From Amoebophrya sp. A120 (lineage: Eukaryota > Protista > Dinoflagellata), in the NCBI GenBank assembly GCA_905178155.1, contig CAJINV010000007.1, positions 672,898 through 736,897 on the forward strand: DNA of 64,000 bases, read 5' to 3'. The notes under the pieces were generated by a model. It was not told the DNA's origin. It searched no databases and was given only the letters and a program-made list of their open reading frames with translations. Shown here piece by piece: positions 49,901-61,740 of the stretch. Position 1 is the first letter of the stretch; each line of letters starts with the position of its first letter. The position numbers and the translations under genes were made by a program.

Positions 49901-52212
49901 AAGAAGGTGCGGAAGGTGCTGCAAACGACCAGGACCCGGACCTAGCTGGTGCTGGCCCCGCATCCCAACTGGATGATCGAGCCGTTTCAGGAGATCTTCA
50001 AGCCGCGGAAGACCCAGCTGCGGGTGGTGCTGTGGACAAGCCGCCGAAAAAGAGAAAAATGAAGAAGGAAAGATTACTGCCGGCGGAGGACGAGGAAAAT
50101 GATGAGACGAACGAGGAAATAAATGCTGGTCCATCTTCAAAGCCGCCTGTTGCTGTTCCTCCTCCTGCTGCTGCTGATCAGGATGTGAAAATGGAAGTAG
50201 ATCCTCCTGCTCCGGCGACGTCAAATGCGATAAACTACGACGACGGCGTTCTGAGGAACGAAGACGGGACGGTGAAATTGAACAAAAACGGCAAACCCGC
50301 CATGAAACGCGGGCCAGCACCGAAGAACAAGCAGATGAGAGATATCAAATGTAAAAATGTCTGGGTCTGGATGTGGAAGAGTGCATGTTTGTCGTGCTTG
50401 TCTGGCATGACTCTCAAATCTGTCACGCACGTTACCCAAGAGCGCCACTTTTCTGTCATACAGAAACGCAGTTTGTCATGCAGAATAGGCAACACCTAGA
50501 AGCTCAGAAACTTGTCATGCTGAGCCAGCAATTGTGGCTTCCTCATGATACGCCACACAGCATCAGAAGTTTCCAGACCCAGACATATTTGCAGTTGATA
50601 AAAGAAGATTCCAAGCAAGTATCTGCCTCGGTCGAAGCGAGTCTAGAAGGGAGTAAGAAGCCAAGTAAAGAGGCATCAAGTAAAGCTCCTACTTCTTCCC
50701 AGCAGGACAACATAGAGCTGACGAAGAACGGTGTGCCGAAGAAGAAGCCAGGCCGGAAGCCGAAGCAGGATCACAATGTCGAAACGAGTAAAAATGCAGA
50801 GGAGAAGACCTCTTCCATCCAACCCTCGCCCGCAGCGGGAGGCGAGCAACAAGAAGCTGTTAAGAAAAAGCGCGGCCGGCCGTCGAAGGACGAGTTACTG
50901 GCCAAGACGAGGCAGGGGAGTAAGGAAAAAGAAAACAGTGGCGAGAACGAGGAAAATCACCGAGCGAAATCTTCAAAATCCAGCAAGGCGCCGGTACAAA
51001 ACGACGACGACGAAGAGGATCACCCCCCGGCTAAGAAGCAGAAGGTAAAGAAGGAGAAGAAGAAACTGTCGAAGGAAGAAGTACCTGTAGTACTACCTCC
51101 TGGTATGCAGATGAAAGAGTACACGTACGAAGATTACAAAAAGTTGGAAGACGAGGAAAACTCGCTGAAAGGGCAGCCCCGACAGACCCGGATCACGAAA
51201 AATCGACTGCATGAAATCGAGAAAGAGAAAAAGCGAATCATCTCCTCCGGCTGGAAATTACCAGTTGCGGTTGTTTCAACGACTGCTGGTGGTGGTGGTG
51301 CAGCAGCTCCAGCAGCTGCGCTAGGCGCTGGTGGTCCTGCTGCTTCCTCTTCTTCTTCCTCCTCTGCGGCCATTTCAAATCCAAATCCGGTGATGCTTTT
51401 AAACCCGGACGTCCTCGGTGGCGGCGCACCTACAATTTTTTCAACGTCTTCCGGTCCTGGTGCAGCAGCAGCCCCAGCCACTGAAGGCCCCGGACGAGCA
51501 GGTGTCGTGGGCAGTAGTGGTAGTTCCTCCTCGTCTTCCTCCGCCGCGGGAGGTGGACAACTACCACCACCGCCAGCTGCTTTTGTACCCGACGGGGGCG
51601 CAGCAAAGCCAGTGTCCATCCCGATGAAGATTTTACGGAAGGAAGATGGGAGGAAGAAGAAGGATATCAACTGCAAAAATGTCTGGGTCTGGAAGATTGG
51701 AACTTGTGATGCTAACTCTGGACTTTAAAAAAATCTGTAATTGCATGACCAGCAATAGGAGCCCGGTTTGTGCTACGCGGGGAGGGCATTTGTCATGCGG
51801 GATAGGCATCAGGAAGACCTCTAGAAATATGTGATGCCAGACCATGCATTACAAACGTCGTGGCTCATGGAAAATATGCATGACAAATCTAGAAATCTTC
51901 CAGACCCAGACATTTTTACATTTGATAAAGGAAAACAATAAACCTGCGGGCGGGCTGAACATTCCCGGGAAGGGGGCGGTGCCAAAGCTAACCGGACCGA
52001 AGGCGAAAAAGAAGAAAAATGAGGGCGGTGTGGCAGGCGGGGATTTGTTGCAGGAAGGAGGGCGGGCTGGTGCTGGGCAGATGAAAGAGGAAAAGCAGGA
52101 AGATGGTGCCGGCAATGATAAACAGCCGGAACAAACTTCTTCGAGCAAGGAACCGGTGAAAGAGGAGGCTGCAGGTGATCCGGCTCCGGAAGCGGCTGCG
52201 AAAGAAGAGTAA
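40976..52212 (+). CDS. TOP2: DNA topoisomerase II, ~2076 aa, 22 exons
   Basis: After splicing (6231 nt, in frame): YQKLSLHEHILLR, FKIFDEILVNAADN, GGRNGYGAKL, PKLEDAN, TLILTEGDSA, PLRGK, MTDQDYDGSHI, YYKGLGTS, DGFKPTQRK, YHHGE, catalytic SRY, LVNGAEGIGTGWST; long K/E/A-rich C-terminal tail. Confidence 0.97.
41154..41424. mobile_element. Introner, family A
   Basis: DR TGACT/TGACT. Confidence 0.9.
41486..41746. mobile_element. Introner, family A
   Basis: DR ACAGT/ACAGT. Confidence 0.9.
41857..42120. mobile_element. Introner, family A
   Basis: DR TGTTT/TGTTC; restores PGLFKIFDE. Confidence 0.9.
42244..42562. mobile_element. Introner, family F
   Basis: DR TCAGG/TCAGG; GT-AG compatible. Confidence 0.9.
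42667..42794. mobile_element. Introner, family E (128 bp)
   Basis: DR CTTGC/CTTGC. Confidence 0.9.
42887..43168. mobile_element. Introner, family C
   Basis: DR CTCGA/CTCGA. Confidence 0.9.
43611..43850. mobile_element. Introner, family I
   Basis: DR AATTT/AATTT. Confidence 0.9.
44482..44640 (+). other. Canonical GT-AG intron
   Basis: AG|GTACAA...TATCAG|G. Confidence 0.8.
44691..44945. mobile_element. Introner, family A
   Basis: DR GCTCG/GCTCG; restores PKLEDAN. Confidence 0.9.
44999..45244. mobile_element. Introner, family D
   Basis: DR GTTGA/GTCGA; restores CTLILTEGDSA. Confidence 0.9.
45793..45959 (+). other. Canonical GT-AG intron
   Basis: Restores YYKGLGTS. Confidence 0.9.
46310..46447 (+). 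other. Canonical GT-AG intron (stop-free, 138 nt)
   Basis: Restores IKVAQL. Confidence 0.85.
46630..46818 (+). other. Canonical GT-AG intron
   Basis: Restores SRYIYT at the catalytic Tyr. Confidence 0.9.
46866..47118. mobile_element. Introner, family A
   Basis: DR TTTTC/TTTTC; restores IFHPDDD. Confidence 0.9.
47171..47424. mobile_element. Introner, family A
   Basis: DR GAAAG/GGAAG. Confidence 0.9.
47684..47962. mobile_element. Introner, family C
   Basis: DR GATGC/GATGC. Confidence 0.9.
48152..48329. mobile_element. Introner, family E
   Basis: DR TGTGG/TGTGG; restores ELPIRVWTQAYK. Confidence 0.9.
48406..48664 (+). other. Canonical GT-AG intron with TIR-like 5' end
   Basis: GA|GTATCGAAAAATGTCTG...CACAG|G restores DFREHHTD. 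Confidence 0.8.
49376..49638. mobile_element. Introner, family A
   Basis: DR GACGA/GACGA. Confidence 0.9.
50343..50600. mobile_element. Introner, family A
   Basis: DR AGAGA/AAAGA; close copy of 44691-44945. Confidence 0.9.
51665..51927. mobile_element. Introner, family A
   Basis: DR AAGGA/AAGGA. Confidence 0.9.
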
Positions 52213-53796
52213 ACAAGAGGGAAAAGAGATAGAGGGGAGTATGTACTATTCTTTTATTTTTTTCGGAAAAAATCTTTACAGACGACGACGACGACTTTGA
52301 ATTTTACTCTTCATTTGGGTCGTTTAACTGGTGGCGGTCCTGCTTACTTTTTAACGTGAAAGATTTTTTGGGGAGGACTCTGTCTTTCATGTCGAGCCTC
52401 AAGCCGGGATATGAAAGAGACAGAGAGACTCAGCAACAAGATTTCGTTTCCAGGGAGAAGGCAAAAAGCTTTCAAGAGGTTCCACGTGACCATCCACAAC
52501 AAGCAAAAAACTGTTTTAAGTATTTCACTGGTACAAACAAGAGTCAACTTTTTTGATGAGTTTTTTTACGCTAATAGTTACAATGGTAAACAACGCAAGA
52601 GAGTGTATGGGGAGCAGGAGAAATAGTAACATTCGAAAACTCCATCTCCACCGGGAAAAATAGGATTACTTACCTATAGTTTTTCAGACCAAATTCAATA
52701 AATTTAGCACAACTCTTTATTACAGCGACTTGAAATTCAAATTGCCGCACTGGTTAAGAGGATAAAATGCATCTCTGGGGAAACTTTTTTGGGCCGAATT
52801 GGAGGCCTGCAATCGACAACTTCAATTGCTTCATTGCGCAGCATGGAAAATGAACTTGTTTAAATTGCTGACGAATGAAATAACGAACGTGATGAGGCCC
52901 CTTTATTCTTCAAACTGCTGACTACGCAGTTCAAAACAAACTCGATGGGCCGTGCTTGGTCGGGTATTTTCTTTTTTCTGTGTGATGTGTTCTGATGTGA
53001 CCTATCGAGTAGGCTCGTTGCGCCATGATCTATCTTGCAGCGGTGCAGCAGGCTGTTTCATTGGGGGCTGTTCTTGTTTGGTCCGGGACGTATTCTTCGT
53101 GTTGGGCCGTTCTTAGAAGGAGCAATGCGACCACACACCTTCGAGCCGAGCGGGCTGCCGCTGCTTCACCGCGGCCCGTTATTGCGGCGCGGGTGATGGG
53201 CGGGCAGGTGGTTAGTCCTGGCGCGCCAAGGGGCCGCGCACACCAATGCCATCGGCTTCGCCGCCAACTACCAGCCACCCGCCGGCGGCCGGCCACCGCG
53301 CAAAGCAACAGCCGAAACGGCCAGCCCAGACCACAGGCACTATGGCGGTGGAACCGATTCGCGAGCTGTGCAAGGCGGCCGCGTGACGATCGCCATTTTT
53401 CCCAAGGAGACCGCCCGAGGCAGCGCCTTACGTGCGTAGCGAGGGCGCGACCCTGATCGAACTCAGCGCGCAGCTGAGTAAAAGGGAAAGCGCCGGGACG
53501 CAAAACCGACCAAACCCGGGCCACCCGCGTCAGCGAAGTGGAAAAGAATCGGCGGCGGCGTGGGCCGCGGTAAGCATCCGCCGAATGAGCAGGGGCAGTA
53601 GAATTTGCCAAGGAATGCCATGGCCTAATGATGATGTCGCGCCCAGACTTGGCCCGCTTGTATGTCCGACACGTCAGAAAGCTGCGAACGCAACTCAAGA
53701 CGGGGCGGCAGGGCTCCACGCTGCTCCTGGTAGAACTCCAGGAGGAGCCGGAGCTCTGCCGGGCTTTGTCGTCGGAGCTCGAACAGGGGACGACAA

Positions 53797-54952
53797 TTAA
53801 GGGTGCACAAAATACATACTCAAGAACATACTTAAAAACTTCATATGCACTAGCGCAAGCGCGGAAAAAAAATCATAGATATGCAGTGCTGTGTGATAAC
53901 ATGGCTGCTCTGGATTTTATATGTGAGCAATTCCTGAAAAAAATAAGCGCCAGCTTTATATGTGGTTGACTGTAGACGTAAATGAGAGCGATGGCATAAG
54001 TTACCATCTGGAACTTGCAGTGGCGTAGTGCTAGCGAAAATGATTCCAGAGGTTGATATGTAGACGCGGCGTGTGAGTTCGAGGTGGCAAAAAGGTGGCA
54101 AAGAGAGTTTGGCTTTTGCAGAGCCTCTCTTTGAAAAAAAGGCGGCTTCGGCAACGCCTCAAGTCGGGAACATTTTAGGGTTTTCAAACGCTTCCGCTTT
54201 TGGTAGTTATTTGCTGCTAGATCAATCTCCGCGCTTGCGCATCACGTCAAAGCGCAGCGACTGCTCTTCTCGCGAGAGCGCGGAGATGCAGCATAATTTT
54301 CAGCATAAAAAAGAGCAGAAAAACAAGCAGAAAAAGGAGCATAATTTTGAGCACATAAACTTAAACGCAGAGCAATAGGCGCAGTCTAAGAAATTTTTGG
54401 GTACTCAAAAACGGAGCCACTTTTTCAGCATAAAAAAAAGCATACTTTTAAGCATAAAACAGAGCACATTTTTGCACGTCGTAGCGCCACGAGTATGCTC
54501 CAAGTTGGAGCCCCGCGCCCGAGCCCCACGCCCGAACTCCTCGCTCGAGCTCGACGCTCGAGCGCGACGCCATTACTTCGCGCTTTGTTTAGCGTTGTGA
54601 GTGCAGGCAGCGCGGCGGCATATTGCTGGCGCGTCATGGCTGCGCATGATAGTGATATATCCAAAATTGCGCAAGAAAGCTAGCGCGCGCGCGTTGTTCG
54701 CGTTTGGGTTGGTTGTTGTCGATTTGCGCATCTTTTTCTCTTTCCGGTCGTGAAAAAATAAGAACAGGCTCGGCACCTGATCAATGAGAAGGTCAAAACC
54801 GCACCAAATACCGCTCTAATCGTTTCAATAATAATAAATCCGTACAACATATCGGCCACTTGTGTCTATTTCTGATCGTGATAATATATATAATTTCCGC
54901 GCATATAAAGTTTTTAACTATGAAGAAAAATATGTATTTTGTGTACCTCTAA
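53797..54952. mobile_element. Non-autonomous TIR DNA transposon, 1156 bp
   Basis: ~52-bp imperfect TIRs (TTAAGGGTGCACAAAATACATA..CATACTTAAAAACTTCATATGC vs reverse complement TTAGAGGTACACAAAATACATA..CATAGTTAAAAACTTTATATGC); flanking GACAA/GACAA; internal AGCA(TA)-A-tract repeats at 54290-54470. Confidence 0.75.
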
Positions 54953-55844
54953 GACAAAGGAGCAGCAGCCGCGGACCCTGCGCCAAGGAAAGCAATTTCA
55001 AGACCGGGGAAGACACGCAGCGGGCAAAGGGCGCCATCGCTTTGCTTGCGCGCATCAATTGAGTAGCCCGCTCCGCGGCGGGGGCGGGGGGGGCGTGGTG
55101 GGCCGGCCGGGAGGTGGGGCGAGCGTCCGTGCGAGAGGCCGCGCCCAGCTGCCCGCTGGCAAAGCGTGCCCGCCCCGCGTTCGGCGGGGCGCGTTGGGCT
55201 ACTCAGCCGCCGGGCCGACGGGCGCCCCCGCGCGGCGCGCGCCCGCGTCGGTGCTTTGGCAAGTGGCGCCGGGTGGTTGGTGTTTCATTCCTTCGCCCCG
55301 ATGTCTGTGTGGTTGTGGGCGAAACCGCCGCCCACTCTGGCCGTGCCGTGCAGCTAGCTTTTCACGTCGCTGCCCGGCCCATATTGCTAATGGCCTACCT
55401 CCGTCCCTGTGGTGCCTGGGCCGCCATGTCCTACCTTCCTTCGGCGACTGCCATGCGACGTGTTTTTCCTTCGCGCCGCGGCCGCGCCCTTTTTATTTCG
55501 GCTTCGCTGCGGACAGCCTGGAAGCATGGCCGCCCTGTCTGGGGCGGCCACCCGTATCGTATTAGTTTGTGTGTAAGTGTATGTAGCGCTGGCGTGGGGT
55601 TACTTATTGCGGATGCTTCATTCATCTCTTCATACGGCCGCACTGAGGAGGTGATTGCCACTGTTCGGCTCCGGCGAGGGTCGATTAGCCCCGCTTCAAG
55701 CCTCCGCTGCTGCTTCGTTTCTCGTTCTAGCTGTCTGCGCAACATGGTTTTTCATACAGATAGCCTCCCGCTTGTACTTCGTTCAACACTTATTTCGAGT
55801 TCGTTCATCTCTGTCTCGTCATTCCCAATCTTATCGTCGTCGCT

Positions 55845-55920
55845 AGTTGTTTTCGTTCACGGCAGTTGTTTTCGTTCATGGCAGTTGTTTTCGTTCACGG
55901 CAGTTGCTTTCGTTCACGAC
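55845..55920. repeat. Minisatellite, 19-bp unit x4
   Basis: AGTTGTTTTCGTTCACGGC. Confidence 0.9.
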
Positions 55921-56424
55921 ACCGGCAGTCCTTATTTTCGCAGCGTACGAAAAACGGCATGGCATGTCGTTCAGGAAGTTCCACTCGCTGCGTGTAGGAT
56001 GTTGATGGCCCTGTTTTATTCCGATGTGACATACTTCTTTCCGTTAGGTATCGCACAGTACGTCTTCAGCCTACCCAAGCTGTACCCTTCTGAGAAGATA
56101 TGACTTCATCCGAAGACGATGCAAATGTTGCAATGCGTAAATAAAAAACTCTTTGCGCTTGTTGCGTGAGGCCCATTCAGATTGGCTAGAATATGATTTT
56201 GGATGAAGGAGTAGACTTTTGCTCGTTCCTCGCCTAGCAGTGGTAGAATTTTCTCCAGAAATGCTCTGCGTCGTCGGTCGGCGCTTAATATCCACGAAAG
56301 TGACATGATATCGACCCCCTACCCCTAGTTGTCGCCGCGGCGTGTCTCTGCACACAAAAATCTGAATTTAGATTTACAGTTTATCCTAGGACGAGACAAT
56401 TCCTTTAATACCAAGAAGATAAAA

Positions 56425-59400
56425 ATGCTGCTCGCCATTTGGCTGAGGCTATTCCTGCGTGGTCCTGGTTCTCTGCTTCTTGCATCAGTGCAGTTGCAGT
56501 TGCTCTCGTCGTCGTCCATCCTAGCCGGAGTTTTGCTATATCATGTTCATCCCATTTCTAATTTCGCCTTCGCAGTCCACCTCGTGCCTCCAGCCAGCGA
56601 GGGAACAACTGGTGGAAGTACTACCGCTGGTAAAAACGGTTCATCAGCAACAGCAGCGTCAACATCTTCTACTCCTGCCGGAGATGAAGTAGATCAAGAT
56701 GTTGACGATAGGGATAGCCACGCCGTCGGGGCCCGGTCTTCCACAGAACAAACCACGCTGCTGCAGCAGGGACGACCGCGACCAGATGATGAACGAAGGG
56801 ACTACACCAGAGCTGGGAATCATGTTGGTACAGGCGTTGCAGCCCCATCTACTGTCGCGGAACAAGCAGTCCTGGACTACGAGTCGGGAGGGGAGATTAT
56901 TTCCTCGTCTTCTTTCAGACGGGAGGAAGATGGAGCATTCGAATCTTCTTCTTCACGAGGCCGGCGCTCCTCTGTTGCTAGTGCAGCTCCTCGCCGCGCA
57001 CCAGCGTGGTCGTCCACCTCTTTTACATTGATGAGCATGATACCGGTCGGCGGTGCTGGGGAAACAACGAATCAGAATTCTAGCTCTGAAGACGAGGAAA
57101 ATCACAACGAGGATGGCGACGATGTTGTTGTTGATGTTGTTGAGCACGACCACATGGATGATGAAAACATGCTGGCTACAACTAGAAGCACTTCTGTAGA
57201 TGACGCCGGAGAACTTGTACATGAAACAACGCCAGATGTAGTCGCAGTTGTGCCGAGCAGCCCTGGGACCGTGAGCCACGAACTCGTCACAGCAGATCAT
57301 GCAGAAGATGAAGATGAAGCTGGTGTCACGACGACAATCGTCTCGCCGGATGATGATGATGATGATGCGTCTGCTCGCTTTCCGTTTGATTTCACAACCG
57401 ATGTTCACGAGCCTGAGCAAATGGAGGACAAACCTCCCGGGGGTGGATTCCTGCAAAAAGCTACAGCACCCCAAGAACAACTACACCAACGGCGACAGAA
57501 GAAGATCGAAAGGAAGGCATCAGCGTATGCCAGCGAAGCAGGTCCACGACCATGGATAAAACAGACGAAGCTTGGACGGTCGAAAATGAGCGCAGAACAA
57601 CAGGTACAAGTAAAAGCTCAGGTGTTACACAACCCTGCTTTGACGATGGCACCCGAGGTGAAGGACTACAAACTAGTACAACCAGAGGGTACAACTTCTG
57701 GAGCACCACATCAGGAGGGACCACGCACCGGTACTAGCGCCTCCTCGTCTTGTTGCGATGAGGATGATGGCATCAACGATGCGAGAGTGAACGCCACGGA
57801 CGGAGGTCGGGGAGTCGCCAGGCTGCAGCAAACAGAACGGAAACTCGTGCGCAAGGTCCGCACCACTCCGACACTACTTTTTTACAAGCGGCTTCGCGAC
57901 AGCGCCGATGATCGAGATCACGAGAAACACGGATTGAATCGGACGAGAATAGATCCGATCTATCTTCTATCCTATGGAAAAACGTCCCCACCCCAGAGTC
58001 ATCAAGATAGGGCTTTTGCTACACATCAAATCAGCAAGCTTTGCCTGTTGCGCATGGCAAGCTCGGGTCTCTAGTGTAGTTGTGTTTATTGGCTAGTGAT
58101 GCCGCATCACAAATCCTGCTCCCTATCCTGAGTAGAGCATGACAAAGTACTAGAAAGCATGAGAAAGCGCTGCTCAACATGGTGTTGCGCATGAGAAACA
58201 ATTTAGGCTTGCAGGTTATTTGCATGACAACGAACTCTGGGGGCGGTGGGGACGTTTTTACTTAGGATATCTTTATAAGGCTAGCACGCACGTTCTAAAG
58301 GATCTAGACACAATGGGGCTCGACAGAAAAATCCAGGCCGCTCTGGACGAGACGCCGACCTTGGCGCTCTCGGATGTGGTATTCGATTTGCGGATGAGCG
58401 ACACGCTGAGAGCGGTGTACGAAGCCCGGGAAAAGGAAGATTTGCACAAGTACCGCAACGTGCGGGACCCCGCTTTAAAAAGGGAGAAGGTGAGGCCGTG
58501 GAAATGTGTCCAGTTTTTGCACTATCAAATGCAAAAATGTCTCGGTCTGGAGGGTTCTAAACTTGTAATGCTGTCTCTGGATTCTGAAAAAATTTGTATT
58601 GCGTGACCAGCAAGAGAGCTCCAGTTTGTGCTACGCGGAGAGGGCATTTCTCATGCGGCAGAGGCGTCAAAAAGTCCTCTAAAAATCTGTGATGCTAGGG
58701 TATACATCACAGACATCATGGGTCATTCAAAATATGCATGACAAAGACAAACCTGGTAGTCTTCCAGACCCAGACACTTTTGCATTTGATATGCAGCAGG
58801 TGTCCACGCGGGATGCCACGCTGAGCAAGAAGGAACACCACAACGAAGTGGTGCACATTCGGGGTGAAGATCTCTCGTATCCTAAGCTGTGGAAAGGAAA
58901 GCAACTGCCGTGGGAGATGCGCCTGTACCGCGGGAAGGACGTGCGCATGGGGAGTTGCGAAGAGTGCGGCATTGTGTGGGACCCGCCAGTATCCACAGTA
59001 AATTTCCCGTACACGTACAAATGCGGTCTCTGCATGACAAAAATTGGCTTTGATCCTAGTTTAGCATGACAAGTTTTACTCTCCAAATTGGTGAAGTTTG
59101 TGATGCATCCTGTACATGTACGGGAAATTTGTATTGCATAGCCAGACGACAAGATGTCTTGCGTGGAAACCTACAAAGTCGGGCTGCGGGGAGAAGAAAC
59201 GCTGCTAGAGTACTCCACCTACTACCTCATCAACGAAGAGACGAGGGCAGCGGACTGGTTCAACGTGAAACTATGCATTTTTGCAAATGTGTCATCTGGG
59301 TCCGAATCATGCAAAAATCTGTGTTGCATGATTAAGTACCAATAATGCTGTCCACTTTTGAGCAAAGCCGAGAGGCAGTTTCTCATGCGGAAAAGGCATG

Positions 59401-60836
59401 GTAAAGATCTCACAGAATCTGTGAAGATGCCAGGAGATGCATCTTCACAGACCTCATGCGTCATGCAAAACGTGTATGACAAATGTTGCACTTCTTTTCT
59501 AGACCCAGATCGATATTTGTATTTGATAGAAACTGCTAAAAGACGACGAGCAGCTCCGTCTGGACGTAATTCAACTCGCCGACCAAGATATGCACTGCAA
59601 AAGTATCGTACTAGTACAAATCGCAATACAAATTGGCTCAGCATTACAAATTAAATTTGTAATGCGGATTTACCTAACCAACTAGATTTCGATTTGTGAT
59701 GTATAACTGCGATTACTATGAGTACGATATTTTTGCACAGGATACAAGAGAGCGGAGGCTGCAGCACGTGCTGTTGTGTCGTGGTCACCTTGGTGGTGCT
59801 CCTCGTGGTGCTCATTCTCGCGATAGCCGCCTACCTTTACTTCTACCGTTGGGGGGATGGGGATGCCTGGGAGCACGAAATGGACAACGAAGATTTAGAC
59901 AAGGCTAATACGGATGACGAGAACATCAATACAGAGGCAGATACTAGCCTGAGAAGTCTTCACGGTCAGGACCCTGAGGAGGCCGAGCAGCTTGGGAACA
60001 ATTTTGACAGTGAAATAAACGACCGCAGTGGACAGGATCATCGGGGTCGTGGTTTATTCCAGAACAAAATGCCCCTGCCCTCCCCGCCGCCGGGATTTTC
60101 TTTGGCCCCCGAAAACGGCAGGAATTTGATTTTCTCCCCACCGGTCAGCAGTTACGAACAGATACAGAAACTGCAACGAGAACAGGGCGTGGGTACGACG
60201 AAAGTGGACGAGGATGCGAAACAAAAAATCATACCGCAAGTCGTCCACGTCCAGTCCGCGGCGGAGAATGTGTTTTACGCGCCAACCACAATCGAGCCCA
60301 GCATGAACACAGAACCGAGCTTGACAAGCTTCGTGCCGCCTTCCGGCCTTGCAGGAGTCCCTGGGTCTATCTTCGCCGCCGGCGCGCCACTGTCAGGTCG
60401 TGGGGGATATGAAGAAGAAGAAGAAGCGCCAGGAGTAGCAGCTCTAGCGCTAGGTGGGCAGCCTGTTGAAGAAGAAGTAGACCATGGGTCAAAAAAAACT
60501 CCACTGTCGATGAAACAGGCGTACGAGCGGACGCGACGAGGGAAGATCGGGTTTGCCTGGGAGGGGGAGCAGCTGCCGTACTATGATGGCGGAGATTTGA
60601 ATTATTTTAACCACGACGGGAGTCGTGCAGTTCTTGACAGCACCTCCTCCTCCTCCTCCTCCCGTGCGAGGCAGGGTGTGCACAAAAACCTGCGGGGGGA
60701 TGAAGAAATTCTGCAAGAGCCATCATCTGGTGCGGGGACGAGGGTGAAAATATTAAACACCCGAGATGAAGAAGAACCATCAACAGGGCAGGCTAGAAGG
60801 AGCAGCGGGAATAGACGGAGTAAAGGCACTGCGTAA
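56425..60836 (+). CDS. Predicted type I membrane protein, ~1083 aa, 6 exons
   Basis: Exons 56425-57967, 58275-58522, 58797-58989, 59146-59271, 59534-59588, 59750-60836 in frame; hydrophobic N-terminus; TM segment CCCVVVTLVVLLVVLILAIAAYLYFY. Confidence 0.75.
57968..58269. mobile_element. Introner, family C
   Basis: DR TCTTC/TCTTT. Confidence 0.9.
58523..58791. mobile_element. Introner, family A
   Basis: DR TGCAC/TGCAG. Confidence 0.9.
58990..59140. mobile_element. Introner, family H
   Basis: TIR core AAATTTCCCGTACA; DR GCCAG/GCCAG. Confidence 0.9.
59272..59528. mobile_element. Introner, family A (diverged)
   Basis: DR GAAAC/GAAAC. Confidence 0.85.
59589..59744. mobile_element. Introner, family E
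   Basis: DR CAAGA/CAAGA. Confidence 0.9.
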
Positions 60837-61740
60837 AGATAGTAAGTACCAAAAGTAACCATAGCTGCAGAGGACGTATAGAACGAGTCGTAAAACTCGA
60901 CGATTGAATAAAAAATCGGATAAACTCAAAGTTAGTAATCGCATTATACAGTATGAAATAATTCTATCTTGTGTTGAAAGTCCAAACTTTTTATCCTTCC
61001 GAGCAGGGGAATAACGTTCGAAAGAAAACAAGCCAAGTCCTCTTCTACAGACGAACCGTACTCCTGCGGCCTCCAGTTGTCGCTCGTTCTGTGGTGAAAC
61101 GTCCGGGAAAGATGTTCTTTTCAGTGGTCATTACTCTTACTTTTGTTAACACCATCGCTTTATTCCCATCGTTCGTTTTTTCTTTATCGGCTGACACGGC
61201 CATGATTTGGTATGCAAGTAGCCACGAGGACGACCTGTCTTTTCATAAGTACTTAACCTGCTTCGGTTTCTTCTTCTGAGAGCTATTGTAGGGAGAATCT
61301 TCTTCTTGTTCAAAAATAAAAGTACTTAAAAAAATCTTGTCTTGTTGTACGTTCGTGCACACCTTCCTCCTTTTTATTCGAGAGCGTAGATCTTGGCTTG
61401 GAAGAACTGCACGTGAGTGGATAGTCAATCATGTCGAGTAGGCGTTTGAAGTGCTTATTTCCATACGTCTGGCCACTGTGGAGGTACTTCTTAGTCCTGC
61501 AAAGGGTTTATCGTGTTGACTAGTGACTGTCGTGTTTGTTTTGATCATATTGGCTTGTCCTGAAGTAAGAGTAGACGCAGTCCAGTCCTGCAGGTGGACC
61601 ACATGCAAGGCAAAATGTTAACAAGGACTATTCACCTGCTCTGTGCAGCCTGAGGACCCCCTGGGCTTGGCGGCAAGAAGCTTGTTGTTTCGTCTTCCGC
61701 TGATCACATTTGACAACACGAGGCTACTACATCAAGGAGG

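Noticed and set aside
40976-52212. TOP2 and other genes as MITE-disrupted pseudogenes
   Set aside because: After removing each element plus 5 nt there are no stops or frameshifts and catalytic motifs are intact
53025-56103. ORFs 53030-53719, 54939-55565 and 55114-56103 as a transposase
   Set aside because: No DDE, HUH or tyrosine-recombinase motifs; likely GC-rich spurious frames
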